From an uncultured Candidatus Saccharibacteria bacterium (GTDB lineage: Bacteria; Patescibacteriota; Saccharimonadia; Saccharimonadales; Saccharimonadaceae), in assembly GCA_963539465.1 (NCBI GenBank), contig CAUTMI010000002.1, positions 47,168-111,167 on the forward strand: a DNA stretch of 64,000 bases, written 5' to 3'. Below are positions 34,519-44,566 of the stretch, one piece after another. Both the position numbers and the translations under genes were made by a program. The first letter of the stretch is position 1; every line of letters begins with the position of its first letter. The notes below the pieces were generated by a model. That model ran no database searches and was not told where the DNA came from. It was given only the letters and a program-made list of their open reading frames with translations.

Positions 34519-36684
34519 ATGGAAATAATCAATCCAACCGGCAAGCACACCTTCAGTGTGTCAACCGATTTTTGTGGTCGTGAATTGAAACTTGAAGTCA
34601 ATCGCGTTGGTTTTCGCACCACTTCATCTGTTTTAGTTACTTATGGCGACACCGTCGTTCTCGGTTCAGTCGTTGTTAGCGAAAAACCTGTCGTACAGGA
34701 TTTCTTCCCACTCTCAATCGACTATGAAGAAAAATTCTATGCTGCTGGCAAAATTTCTGGCTCAAAATTCATCAAACGTGAAGGTAAACCTGCCGATGAA
34801 GCAGTGTTGATTGGTCGCCTCATCGATCGTCCAATTCGTCCACTTTTCCCTAAAGGCTACCGTCAGGAAGTCCAGGTTGTCACTACCGTCCTCTCGATGG
34901 ACCCAAGCTTCCGTCCTGATGTTGTGGCGATGATTGCCGCTTCCTCAGCTCTTTTAAACGCTGGCGTACCATTTGACGGCCCAGTCGCTGGCCTCCGTAT
35001 TGGTCGTGTGAACGGTGAATTTAAGGCCTTCCTCACCAAGGAAGAACGTGAAGCTTCCGATCTCGACCTAGTGGTTGCTGTAAAAGACCAAAAGGTTGTC
35101 ATGGTTGAAGCTGGTGCTAATGAGGTTCCAGAACAGGTCATCATTGATGCCATGCGTTGGGCCGTTGAAATGGCACAACCTGCCCTCACTCTTCAGAGGG
35201 AATTGAAGGAAAAGCTCAATGTGGTTGAAAAACCATATGAACTCAGTCTCCCAGACGCAGCAGTTGCTGAAAAAGTTGAAAACTGGACCCGTGAACACTT
35301 TAAAGGCGAAGACAGCAAGACTGGCACTAAAATCCGCGGTAACGTACTTGATCGTAAGCGCATCGCTGATGAATTAAGAGACCAGATGGACGCGGAATTT
35401 GCGCTTGAACTTGGCGAAGGTGAAACCGACGAAGAGAAAATTGCAGATTATGACGCTCGCTTGAAAGATGAATATCACAATGCTTATGAATTAGCTATCC
35501 ATCATGAAGTTCGTCGCGCCATCGTTGAAGATAATGTCCGTCCTGACGGCCGTAAACTTAATGAGGTTCGTCCGCTCAGTTCTCAGGTTGCTATCTTGCC
35601 ACGCGTACATGGCTCCTCGCTCTTCACTCGTGGTCTCACTCAGGCTATGAACATCGTCACCCTCGCTCCTCTTTCATATGCTCAGATTGTTGACACCATG
35701 GAAGTCACCGATGGTGAACGTCGCTATATGCACCACTATAATGCACCTAGCTACACTGTTGGTGAAACTGGTCGCATCGGCTCTCCAGGTCGTCGTGAAA
35801 TCGGCCACGGCTATCTTGCCGAGCGCGCCCTTCTCCCAGTTCTTCCATCCAAGGAAGACTTTCCATACGCCATCCGCTCTGTCACCGAAATCATGTCTCA
35901 AAACGGTTCCACCTCAATGGCTGCCACTTGTTCATCTTGTCTTGCCCTTATGGACGCCGGTGTTCCACTTAAGGAGCCTGTCTCTGGTGTTGCTATGGGT
36001 TTGATGCTTGATGGCGAAACTCCACACGTTCTAACCGACCTCATGGATGCCGAGGATTTTGCTGGTGACATGGACTTCAAGGTTACTGGTACTAAGAACG
36101 GTATCACTGCCCTCCAGATGGATATGAAGGTTCACGGCCTTCCAGTCGACATTCTCGAAAAAGCCATTCAGCAATCTCACGAAGGTCGTATGTTTATTCT
36201 TGGCCACATGCTTTCCGTACTTTCTGCTCCACGTGCTGAGCTCTCACCATACGCTCCACGCATCGAAAAACTCATGGTTAAACCTGAGAAAATTGGTGCC
36301 GTGATAGGTAAAGGTGGCGAGATGATTAATAAAATCACCTCTGAAACTGGCGCTGAAGTTGACATTGACGACTCTGGCCTCATCACTGTTTCTGGTACTG
36401 ACGCCGAAAAAATCAAGCGCGCCATCGACTGGATTCGCAGTCTCGTTGAAGAACCTGAAGTCGGAAAAATCTATCGCGGCAAAGTAGTAAATATTAAAGA
36501 TTTCGGTGCCTTCGTGAATATTCTTCCAGGCATCGACGGTATGCTTCACATCTCTCAAATTTCTGAAAAACGTCTTGATAAGGTTGAAGATGCGCTCCAC
36601 CTCGGCGATGAAGTGAACGTACGCCTTGACTCGATTGATGACAAGGGACGTCTCTCCCTTAGCATGCGTCGCGTCGAGCAATAG
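34519..36684 (+). CDS. pnp: Polynucleotide phosphorylase
   Basis: 721 aa with two RNase PH domains, a KH domain (GKGGEMINKI) and an S1 domain (GKVVNIKDFGAFV). Confidence 0.95.
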   Translation: MEIINPTGKHTFSVSTDFCGRELKLEVNRVGFRTTSSVLVTYGDTVVLGSVVVSEKPVVQDFFPLSIDYEEKFYAAGKISGSKFIKREGKPADEAVLIGRLIDRPIRPLFPKGYRQEVQVVTTVLSMDPSFRPDVVAMIAASSALLNAGVPFDGPVAGLRIGRVNGEFKAFLTKEEREASDLDLVVAVKDQKVVMVEAGANEVPEQVIIDAMRWAVEMAQPALTLQRELKEKLNVVEKPYELSLPDAAVAEKVENWTREHFKGEDSKTGTKIRGNVLDRKRIADELRDQMDAEFALELGEGETDEEKIADYDARLKDEYHNAYELAIHHEVRRAIVEDNVRPDGRKLNEVRPLSSQVAILPRVHGSSLFTRGLTQAMNIVTLAPLSYAQIVDTMEVTDGERRYMHHYNAPSYTVGETGRIGSPGRREIGHGYLAERALLPVLPSKEDFPYAIRSVTEIMSQNGSTSMAATCSSCLALMDAGVPLKEPVSGVAMGLMLDGETPHVLTDLMDAEDFAGDMDFKVTGTKNGITALQMDMKVHGLPVDILEKAIQQSHEGRMFILGHMLSVLSAPRAELSPYAPRIEKLMVKPEKIGAVIGKGGEMINKITSETGAEVDIDDSGLITVSGTDAEKIKRAIDWIRSLVEEPEVGKIYRGKVVNIKDFGAFVNILPGIDGMLHISQISEKRLDKVEDALHLGDEVNVRLDSIDDKGRLSLSMRRVEQ

Positions 36685-36726
36685 ATCGCGATAAGCGGCG
36701 TTCCATGCGCCGCTTTACCGCTTTAA

Positions 36727-36759
36727 TAAAAAAGATTGGTCATATGGCCAATCTTTTTA
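36727..36759. terminator. Bidirectional terminator after pnp and the convergent 247-aa gene
   Basis: An A-run, then AAGATTGG/CCAATCTT (36732-36755), then a T-run. A second hairpin AAGCGGCG/CGCCGCTT lies at 36693-36715. Confidence 0.7.
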
Positions 36760-36830
36760 TTATGTTAAAACCTTAATTTTAAGTCAAATTAAGTCAGGTT
36801 AGGATAAGTTAGGATAAGACCTATTTTAGT

Positions 36831-37574
36831 CTATAAGTCAACGAAGCCGTTATTTTCTTTAACCTTTTCATCGCGGCAAGTCATGGCTGGATTACCATTT
36901 GGATCTTTCACTCCGCGGTAAACTTCCTTCACCTCAGGAGAAAGGTTCTCGCAAAGGTCTGGAGCCTGTCCGGCAGTTGCAAATTTCCATTCACCATTTG
37001 GTAATGCACGGTAATACATTGCAAGATGACCACCACCGCCACCTTCGACACGGGTCGCACCTGTTGTTGGATTGGTTATTACTTCGTAATTCATATGTTC
37101 GCTTGCCACTGCAAATAGATAGGTTGCGTCCTTGTTAGTGTAAAGTTTAGTCAAGCTTACGATTGGCCAGCTATCTTTAATCTCAAAACCTTCATCATTC
37201 TTGCCAGACATCTTTTGAGTCCTAACCTTAATAAAATTCATAAGATCGCCGATCCGAGTATCCATAGCCATTGGCTTAACAATCTCAGTTACTTTTGCAT
37301 TCTCGACATTCTCTACCGCCTTCGTCCCAGTGGCGAGCTCATATTTTGAAATCACCTCGTTTGCCTTAACGAGAGCCTCCTTTGAATTCTTCACCTCGCC
37401 TTCCAGTTTGTTTTTCTGGTCGTTAACCCTGATCGTGGTATAAACCAAACCGCCAAGACAGGCAAGAATTATTAAACAAAAAACCGCAGCTATCTTTTTA
37501 TTGCTACGGCCTGCTCGAAAATCTCGCTTTTCACTACTGATATTTATAATATTATCTGTATCGTTTCGATCCAT
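36831..37574 (-). CDS. Membrane-anchored hypothetical protein (247 aa)
   Basis: A single TM (IAAVFCLIILACLGGLVYTTI), a coiled-coil stretch and an extracytoplasmic domain. No motif recognised. Confidence 0.5.
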   Translation of the reverse strand: MDRNDTDNIINISSEKRDFRAGRSNKKIAAVFCLIILACLGGLVYTTIRVNDQKNKLEGEVKNSKEALVKANEVISKYELATGTKAVENVENAKVTEIVKPMAMDTRIGDLMNFIKVRTQKMSGKNDEGFEIKDSWPIVSLTKLYTNKDATYLFAVASEHMNYEVITNPTTGATRVEGGGGGHLAMYYRALPNGEWKFATAGQAPDLCENLSPEVKEVYRGVKDPNGNPAMTCRDEKVKENNGFVDL

Positions 37575-37659
37575 ATATCTCCTTTAATCAACTATAGCAT
37601 AAACAATTTTTTCCGCTAGTCCCTCGCTATATCTATAATTATTATGTTATAATCTGTCT

Positions 37660-39906
37660 ATGGTTAAACGAAAAAAAGGTCGACGCAAATCTTCCCGTGA
37701 GGTAGTTCCAGAACACGAATTGCCAGGCGGCTTTTGGCGTCAAGTCTCAGCAGTTCTTATGATTGCCATCTCTATCGTTCTCGTGATGACTTGGTTTGGT
37801 AGTGGCGGCACTCTTCTCAATGATTTTCATAAATTCGGCCTCTGGCTGATTGGTTATGCTACTTTTGCTATCCCAGTGATCCTGGTTTATCTTGCCGTGA
37901 AAATCTTCCGCACCACAGATAATCGACTTCCTGCCGTCATCTGGGTTGTTTCGTTTTTGATGATTTTTTGGCTCTCTGGACTCTTTGGCCTACCGACTTA
38001 TGGCAACTCTGCCACACAAACTGGTGGCATCCTTGGGGTTTGGTTAAATAGTATGGTCACACAAATTCTCAACCCAAGTGTCGCCGCCTTTATCTATCTT
38101 GTTTTGATCTTTATTACTGCAATTTTCATCCTCCAGCTTTCTCCAGCCGCCGTCTTTCGTGATATTGCCAACATTTTCAAAACCACCAAGCGTGATGAAG
38201 ATGCTGAAAATGCTCGTATTGCTCGCCGCGCTCAGGCTGAGGATGCGGTTAACGCTGGAGCTCTGGGTCCTCTCAAGATCAAAGCTAATGGTGTTGAGGT
38301 TACTGCCGAAGAATTAAAAGCCGCACCAAAAATTGAGGTTAAAAAGCCGGTTGCTGCCGCCCCTGTTGAGACTGAACCTGAACGCGCCCTGATTGCTGTT
38401 TCTGATCCAAACTGGAAAATGCCTTCAACAGACCTGCTTTCGAAAAAACAAAATCCGCCAGACGGTGGCAATATTCAGCAGAATGCCTTCATTATCAACT
38501 CCACTTTTGCCGACTTCGGTATTGAGGTAAAACTTGATGGTGCAAACGTCGGCCCGCGTGTTACTCAGTACACAATTCAGCCGCCAACCGGTGTGGTGCT
38601 ATCGAAAATCGCCGCTCGTGACAAGGAGCTTGCGCTTAATCTTGCCGTCGATAAGGTCCGTATCGAAGCTCCGATTCCTGGTACTCGTCTGGTTGGTATC
38701 GAGATTCCAAACGTTCGTCCAGCCGATGTAACCCTCCGTTCAATTCTCGAGAGCAACGAATGGAAGAAGGAAACTAATCCGCTCTGCTTTGCCGTGGGTA
38801 AAGATATTTCTGGTAACCCAGTCATTGCCAATCTTGCCAAAATGCCACACCTCCTGATCGCTGGTACTACTGGTTCTGGTAAGTCCGTCATGACTAATAC
38901 TCTCATCTCCTCATTGCTTTATCGCAATGCCCCAAGCGACATGAAACTAATCATTGTCGACCCGAAGCAGGTAGAAATGGTGCAATATAATGACATTCCG
39001 CATCTCTTAACTCCAATTATCAACTCCACTGAAAAATCGCTTTCCGCCATGAAGTGGGCTGTTAATGAGATGGAGCGCCGATATACTCTTATGGCTGAAG
39101 AGAAGGTTAAGAAAATTGAAGACTACAACGAAAAGCTTCATAAAAAATCTGCCACCATCGCCGATGAAGATAATAACGAGCAGCAGCATAATGGCGGCAA
39201 GATGCCATACATCGTCATTGTGATCGATGAGATGGCTGACTTGATGATGCAGGCAGGGAAAGACCTCGAGCAACTCATTGTTCGTATCGCACAGAAAGGT
39301 CGTGCCTCTGGTATTCATCTCGTACTCGCAACCCAGCGTCCTGAGGTTAAGGTGATTACCGGTCTGATCAAGGCCAATGTTCCAGGCCGTATTGCCTTCG
39401 CTGTGAATAATAATACCGACTCTCGCATTATGCTCGATATGGGTGGTGCCGAGAAGTTGCTTGGTAAAGGTGATATGTTGATGCTGACTACCGAGATGAT
39501 GGGTAAGCCTCGCCGTATTCAGGGTGCTTATGCTTCCGATAGTGATGTTGAAAAACTCACCAACTTCCTCCGTGAGCAGCGTGCTCCTGAATATAATAAC
39601 GAAGTAATTTCTCAAGCCGTTCAAATCAAGGGTATTGGCCCAACTGATGGTGGCGGCTTTGGCGACCTCGGTCGTAAATATGATCCACATGATCCAGTTG
39701 TCAGAAAGGCCATCGAAATTACTCTCACCAAAGGTAAATTCTCTACCGCCATGCTGCAGACTTATCTCGGCAAAGGTCACGGTTTCGTATCTGGTCTCGC
39801 TATCTGGCTGGAAGAGATTGGCGTCATCGGCCCGGCAAATGGCAATAAGCCACGCGACGTGATGATTAAAAACCTAGACGAATTCGACCAGCTCGCTGGT
39901 GGATAG
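37660..39906 (+). CDS. ftsK: DNA translocase FtsK
   Basis: N-terminal TMs, Walker A GTTGSGKSV, Walker B VIVIDEMADL, and a C-terminal gamma winged helix. Confidence 0.9.
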   Translation: MVKRKKGRRKSSREVVPEHELPGGFWRQVSAVLMIAISIVLVMTWFGSGGTLLNDFHKFGLWLIGYATFAIPVILVYLAVKIFRTTDNRLPAVIWVVSFLMIFWLSGLFGLPTYGNSATQTGGILGVWLNSMVTQILNPSVAAFIYLVLIFITAIFILQLSPAAVFRDIANIFKTTKRDEDAENARIARRAQAEDAVNAGALGPLKIKANGVEVTAEELKAAPKIEVKKPVAAAPVETEPERALIAVSDPNWKMPSTDLLSKKQNPPDGGNIQQNAFIINSTFADFGIEVKLDGANVGPRVTQYTIQPPTGVVLSKIAARDKELALNLAVDKVRIEAPIPGTRLVGIEIPNVRPADVTLRSILESNEWKKETNPLCFAVGKDISGNPVIANLAKMPHLLIAGTTGSGKSVMTNTLISSLLYRNAPSDMKLIIVDPKQVEMVQYNDIPHLLTPIINSTEKSLSAMKWAVNEMERRYTLMAEEKVKKIEDYNEKLHKKSATIADEDNNEQQHNGGKMPYIVIVIDEMADLMMQAGKDLEQLIVRIAQKGRASGIHLVLATQRPEVKVITGLIKANVPGRIAFAVNNNTDSRIMLDMGGAEKLLGKGDMLMLTTEMMGKPRRIQGAYASDSDVEKLTNFLREQRAPEYNNEVISQAVQIKGIGPTDGGGFGDLGRKYDPHDPVVRKAIEITLTKGKFSTAMLQTYLGKGHGFVSGLAIWLEEIGVIGPANGNKPRDVMIKNLDEFDQLAGG

Positions 39907-39907
39907 A

Positions 39908-39940
39908 TAAAAATATAGTCTGAAAAGACTATATTTTTTA
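39908..39940 (+). terminator. ftsK terminator
   Basis: AAATATAGTC/GACTATATTT (39911-39936) followed by a T-run. Confidence 0.75.
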
Positions 39941-39982
39941 TTCCGTTTATGTTAAAATAAACACACTAACAAGGTACATATC

Positions 39983-41980
39983 ATGAAACAAACACAAAAC
40001 TCAGGCAATTTCGCCTGCAAAATTTCAATATGCTTAGGTTTTGCGCGCCTCAAAAATCTCCTTAGTACAAAACGCGCAAGAATAATCACTACAGTGTTCG
40101 CATTTTTTGCGTCAAGTCTTTCTCTATGCTTCTTACAGAATCCTAACTTCGCAAGTTTCCTCCGCACTCCAGCCACCTACCTCAATATCTCCACCTCCAC
40201 CCCGAATGTCGATTTTCAGTTCAACCAGTCCGAACTCTCTTCTTTCGCCTTCAAAACAAATAATGTCACTGTCAATATTCAGACTGATAACGCCACTGGT
40301 GCTACCACCTATATTTCGAGCATCGATGAGGCTACCAGTCTAGTTCATTCCGACTCTGGTGTTTCCGATAGTATTGCCTCCATCTCCTCCCCACTCCTCT
40401 CGACCGCCTTCACTGGCAAAACATGGGGCTACCGCGTTGGCTCTCTCGCCACCACGGCTTTTAATCCAATCCCAAAAGCTAGCACTCCTGCTGAGATTTT
40501 AAATACCACCTCCGCCACTCCAGCTTCAAATAATCTCGATATCGACTTTGGGGTTAAAGTCTCTCCGGATCTATCTTCTGGAACTTACTCCAAGCAGATT
40601 TTATTCACCACCACTACAAATTACGTACAAACCTATACGAAATTTTTACCTGGTCCTGCTTTTAATGCTATTCTCACGGGATTAAGTTCAAACAATTATA
40701 CTGATTATTTTAAACATTCGCCTACGGCACCAGCTAACCTTGCCACTGCTCAAATCGTTTCAGCGGCTGGATCAGAACATCCGATTTATCTATGGTATGA
40801 AGCTACGGATAAGACAATTTATTGGTGGAGTGCCGCTGATGTTGTTTATATGAATGAAGATGCTTCCTATATGTTTTCTCATGTTAATTATGGCGCGTAT
40901 TATATTAATAAGGAAGTAGATGCGAGTGGCATTGATACCAGTAAAACTACAAACATGAGCCATCTATTTTACTATGACAAACCTGGTGGTCTTGGTCTAC
41001 AAGGTGTAAAAACTGACGGGTTCAACACAAGTAACGTGACGGATATGAGCTACATGTTCTCAATGAATAATTATTTAGGCGATCAGTCTAATTCACCTGA
41101 TTTTAGTACCTTTGATACTAGCAAGGTCACCAATATGGAACATATGTTCGACGGTTCAAACTTCTATCATATTGACGTATCGACCTTTGACACAAGCAAC
41201 GTGACGAATATGGACGGGATGTTTTCATCTAATCATAGAACATTAACCATTAATGTTGATAATTTTGATACCAAGAAAGTAACAAGTATGGCAAGAATGT
41301 TTTTTAGTTGTCAAGCCATATCCACCCTGGATTTATCTAGTTTTAGGAATAATCTAGTTACTAATATGTCTGGAATGTTTCAGAATGACATATCTCTTAG
41401 TTCATTGAATTTAGCAGGTTTTACTACTGGACAGGTTAAGAATATGTCCTATATGTTCAGCGGGATGACTAGTATTACTAATTTAGATTTACTCGGTTTT
41501 GATACGAGTAATGTGGAAGATATGGCTCAAATGTTCGCTAGTATGAGGTCTATTAAGAATTTAAATCTCTCGTCATTTGATACTTCAAAAGTCACCACGA
41601 TGGCAACTATGTTTGCTGATATGTATAAAATTGAAAATCTAAATTTGTCATCTTTCGATACTAGAAATGTCACAAATATGAAATATATGTTTAGCTATAT
41701 TATGAGAGATGTAGCAAACGGAATTTTGGATCTTTCAAGTTTCAACACCCAAAGCCTTAATAATAGTATTAATATGTTCAGTGCGGCAAAAGTAAAAACA
41801 ATCTATGTTTCACCATCCCTTACCAATACTTCTATTAGTGCCTCGACTGATATGTTCCGTAATGCTACTAATCTTGTCGGTGGTAACGGTACAACTTATT
41901 CTCCAAGCAATCCTAGAGATAAAACCTATGCCCGAATCGATGCCCCAGGTACTCCAGGATACTTCACTCAAAAGCCATAA
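39983..41980 (+). CDS. BspA-type / DUF285 (26-residue repeat) surface protein
   Basis: An N-terminal hydrophobic signal region. The C-terminal half has at least ten repeats of the FDTS(N/K)VT(N/S)MxxMF type. Confidence 0.75.
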   Translation: MKQTQNSGNFACKISICLGFARLKNLLSTKRARIITTVFAFFASSLSLCFLQNPNFASFLRTPATYLNISTSTPNVDFQFNQSELSSFAFKTNNVTVNIQTDNATGATTYISSIDEATSLVHSDSGVSDSIASISSPLLSTAFTGKTWGYRVGSLATTAFNPIPKASTPAEILNTTSATPASNNLDIDFGVKVSPDLSSGTYSKQILFTTTTNYVQTYTKFLPGPAFNAILTGLSSNNYTDYFKHSPTAPANLATAQIVSAAGSEHPIYLWYEATDKTIYWWSAADVVYMNEDASYMFSHVNYGAYYINKEVDASGIDTSKTTNMSHLFYYDKPGGLGLQGVKTDGFNTSNVTDMSYMFSMNNYLGDQSNSPDFSTFDTSKVTNMEHMFDGSNFYHIDVSTFDTSNVTNMDGMFSSNHRTLTINVDNFDTKKVTSMARMFFSCQAISTLDLSSFRNNLVTNMSGMFQNDISLSSLNLAGFTTGQVKNMSYMFSGMTSITNLDLLGFDTSNVEDMAQMFASMRSIKNLNLSSFDTSKVTTMATMFADMYKIENLNLSSFDTRNVTNMKYMFSYIMRDVANGILDLSSFNTQSLNNSINMFSAAKVKTIYVSPSLTNTSISASTDMFRNATNLVGGNGTTYSPSNPRDKTYARIDAPGTPGYFTQKP

Positions 41981-42087
41981 CCCATCGCGCCCTGCTTGAG
42001 ATTTTTTCCACAGTCTGCTATAATCACAGCATTATTAGCTCAGCAAGCGACGATGAGGTGTGCTTGCTTTAACCAAAGGAGTGCAAA

Positions 42088-42444
42088 GTGAAACAGTATG
42101 AACTTACTGTGTTGATTCATCCTGATTTGGAAATGAATCTAACACCAGCCCTAGACAAAATTAAGAAATTAATTGAGTCACAAGACGGTAAAATCGTAAA
42201 AGAGACCAACGAAGGTAAAAAGCGCCTTGCTTACACTATCAACAAGCAGGACTACGCTGTTTATTACTTCTACGAGCTCGAGCTTCCTGCTCAGGCCCCA
42301 GCAAAGATCTCTTCTACTTTAAATATTACCGATGAGGTTCTACGTTATCTCTTGGTCACTGTCGACGAACGCAAAGCTAAATTTGAAGCTAAGCGTAAAG
42401 CTCGTGCAGAAAAAACTAAGAATACTGAAGAATCAGCAGAATAA
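42088..42444 (+). CDS. rpsF: 30S ribosomal protein S6 (GTG start)
   Basis: KQYELTVLIHPDLE is an S6 N-terminus. AAGGAG RBS. First gene of the rpsF-ssb-rpsR order. Confidence 0.9.
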   Translation: MKQYELTVLIHPDLEMNLTPALDKIKKLIESQDGKIVKETNEGKKRLAYTINKQDYAVYYFYELELPAQAPAKISSTLNITDEVLRYLLVTVDERKAKFEAKRKARAEKTKNTEESAE

Positions 42445-42461
42445 ATAATTTAGGAGGTTTT

Positions 42462-42905
42462 ATGGCGCGGGGATTTAGTAAGGCAATCATTACAGGGAAC
42501 GTCGTTCGCGATCCTGAACTCAGAGCTACTTCTGGTGGCACTCAGGTCTGTTCCTTCTCTGTAGCAGTAAATTACAATTACGTACAAAACGGTGAGAAAA
42601 AAGAACAAGTTTCTTACATCAACTGTTCTGCATGGGGCAAGGCCGGCGAAGTAATTGCTCAGTACGCCAAAAAAGGCACTGGCATTCTCGTTTCCGGACG
42701 TCTTTCACAGCGTGCTTTTGAAGATAAGACCGGCGCAAAGCGCTCAGCTACTGAAATCGTCGTTGAAGATTTCAACTTCCTCGGCGGTGCCAGCGAGGGA
42801 TCTTCTTCGAGAAGCTTCGCCAGTTCCAGTAATGATGAATCTGCTGATATCATCCCAGATGATATTCCAGATGAGCCTATCGACCTCAGTGAGGTTCCAT
42901 TCTAA
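42462..42905 (+). CDS. ssb: Single-stranded DNA-binding protein
   Basis: OB fold N-terminus (KAIITGNVVRDPELR) and an acidic C-terminal tip ending in PF. Confidence 0.9.
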   Translation: MARGFSKAIITGNVVRDPELRATSGGTQVCSFSVAVNYNYVQNGEKKEQVSYINCSAWGKAGEVIAQYAKKGTGILVSGRLSQRAFEDKTGAKRSATEIVVEDFNFLGGASEGSSSRSFASSSNDESADIIPDDIPDEPIDLSEVPF

Positions 42906-42925
42906 ACAATAATTAAGAGAGAGTT

Positions 42926-43132
42926 TTGAGAGAAATGAAAAGAATTAAAAATGATCCAAATCTTTACTTCGACTATCGCGATGTAAAGACTATGCAACGT
43001 TATATTGACGTTTATGGTCGCATTGAACCAATTTCAAAAACTGGTCTTTCTGCTAAACAGCAAAGACAATTAGCTGTCGCTATCAAGCGTGCACGTCATC
43101 TTGCATTGCTTCCATTTGTGTCTGCCAACTAA
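42926..43132 (+). CDS. rpsR: 30S ribosomal protein S18
   Basis: [20 protein letters not shown]...[19 protein letters not shown]. The start is TTG at 42926 or ATG at 42935. Confidence 0.9.
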   Translation: MREMKRIKNDPNLYFDYRDVKTMQRYIDVYGRIEPISKTGLSAKQQRQLAVAIKRARHLALLPFVSAN

Positions 43133-43148
43133 TTTAGGAGAAAAAACC

Positions 43149-43709
43149 ATGTACGGTCCAACCGATTTAAAGAAAAACGTACTAATCACCTTAGATGGCC
43201 AGCCATACAAAGTTATTGAATATTCCCAAAAAGTTATGGGACGTGGTGGCTCTATCGTCAACGTACGTGTCAAAAATTTAATCACAGGTGCATTAATTCC
43301 AAAGACTTTCAAAGGTCAGGAAAAAATCGAACCAGCCGAAGTTACCACCAAAAAAGTTCAGTATCTCTACAAGGACGAAGATAAGTTCTATTTTATGGAC
43401 CCTTCAACTTTTGAGCAGTATGAACTATCAAACGACCTTGTCGGTGATTCCAAAGACTTTATGAAAGATGGTGATGAGATGGAGATCCAGTTCTACAACG
43501 GTTCCGCCATCAACCTCACTCTTCCAAAGAACCTTTGGCTTGAGGTTACCTATACTGAAAACGCTGTTAAGGGTGATACTTCTACTTCAGTCATGAAAGA
43601 CGCCACCCTTGAAACTGGTGTCGTAGTTAAGGTCCCAGCCTTCATTAAGACTGGTGATGTAATTTCTGTTGATACGGAAACTTATGCCTACCGTGAACGT
43701 CAAAAATAA
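43149..43709 (+). CDS. efp: Elongation factor P (Arg-type loop)
   Basis: MYGPTDLKKNVLITLDGQPYKVIEYSQKVMGRGGSIVNVRVKN. An AGGAG RBS lies upstream of the ATG at 43149. The upstream ORF extension overlaps rpsR and is rejected. Confidence 0.9.
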   Translation: MYGPTDLKKNVLITLDGQPYKVIEYSQKVMGRGGSIVNVRVKNLITGALIPKTFKGQEKIEPAEVTTKKVQYLYKDEDKFYFMDPSTFEQYELSNDLVGDSKDFMKDGDEMEIQFYNGSAINLTLPKNLWLEVTYTENAVKGDTSTSVMKDATLETGVVVKVPAFIKTGDVISVDTETYAYRERQK

Positions 43710-43710
43710 G

Positions 43711-44421
43711 ATGCGTTCATTGCGTGATTATGATCGTGATCGTAATCATGATCGTGATCTAAAATCGCATGCCAACATGCAGACTACGCGTGTTGGTATG
43801 CCAGTATCACGTGCTGAGAATAAGCTTGCGGGGGCGGCGCAGGCTTTTTCTTATGATTTTCGTTGTAAAACCGTGCTCGATATAGGCTCCAGTACTGGCG
43901 GCTTTACCGAATACGCTCTTCTTCGTGGTGCCAAGAAAGTCATTGCTGTTGAAAAAGGTACTAAACAGATGAAAGTACCCCTTCGTTTTGATCCGCGTAT
44001 CGACCTACGAGAAAAGACGGATATTTTTTCCGTGACTCGTAACTCGTTGTCGAGGGATCAAGATGAAACTAATGAAAATGAATCTAAGACAGATATAAGA
44101 ATCGACACTATTCTTGCTGACGTCTCCTTCATCTCCTTAAAACAGGTGCTACTTCATGCTAAAAAACAGCTTGCCACCCCTCAGACAGATTTTCTTGTCA
44201 TGCTAAAGCCTCAATTTGAAGCCAGACCATTTCAACTGAAGAATGGTGTCGTCAAAAACGAAACTATTCGTCGTGACATCATCAAAGATTTTGAAGCTTG
44301 GCTCAAAAATAACGGCTTCTTGATCGTGAATAAACGCGATAATATCCTTGCTGGCAAAAATGGTAATCTTGAGCGATTTTATTTTCTTAAATTGGCCATA
44401 ATGTCTCATAAAAACAGGTGA
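43711..44421 (+). CDS. TlyA/FtsJ-like rRNA 2'-O-methyltransferase lacking the S4 domain
   Basis: The SAM motif VLDIGSSTGGFTEY and the DVSFISL motif. The N-terminus is a short charged segment rather than an S4 domain. Confidence 0.65.
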   Translation: MRSLRDYDRDRNHDRDLKSHANMQTTRVGMPVSRAENKLAGAAQAFSYDFRCKTVLDIGSSTGGFTEYALLRGAKKVIAVEKGTKQMKVPLRFDPRIDLREKTDIFSVTRNSLSRDQDETNENESKTDIRIDTILADVSFISLKQVLLHAKKQLATPQTDFLVMLKPQFEARPFQLKNGVVKNETIRRDIIKDFEAWLKNNGFLIVNKRDNILAGKNGNLERFYFLKLAIMSHKNR

Positions 44422-44566
44422 TACACTGGCATATTCTTGTCAAAGTATTCATAATTTGCTATAATACTAATCAGTTAATCTTACTTATTTTCAAACAGAA
44501 CAGAATTCAAGCGAAAATCTTTTTGTTTGCAAACTTTGTAGATCTTATTATTTAAAAAAGGAAATC

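Noticed and set aside
39007-39780. Long antisense ORFs inside ftsK (257 aa), aspS (20821-21576, 251 aa), the 1099-aa gene (27819-28535, 238 aa), rnj (44786-45358), gpmI (50873-51451) and pnp (36244-36681)
   Set aside because: Each lies fully antisense to a gene with clear family motifs. None has start signals, and the peptides look like shadow ORFs.
43089-43148. Upstream extensions of ORFs: efp from 43089, aspS from 19912, gpmI from 50363, galU from 52137, holA-like to 23808, the BY-kinase to 19448, the 54581 ORF, and the TlyA-like gene from 43669
   Set aside because: The extensions overlap upstream genes or promoters and encode non-conserved peptides. Internal Mets coincide with an RBS or with the TGnTATAAT-N6-7 leaderless geometry and with the conserved protein N-termini.
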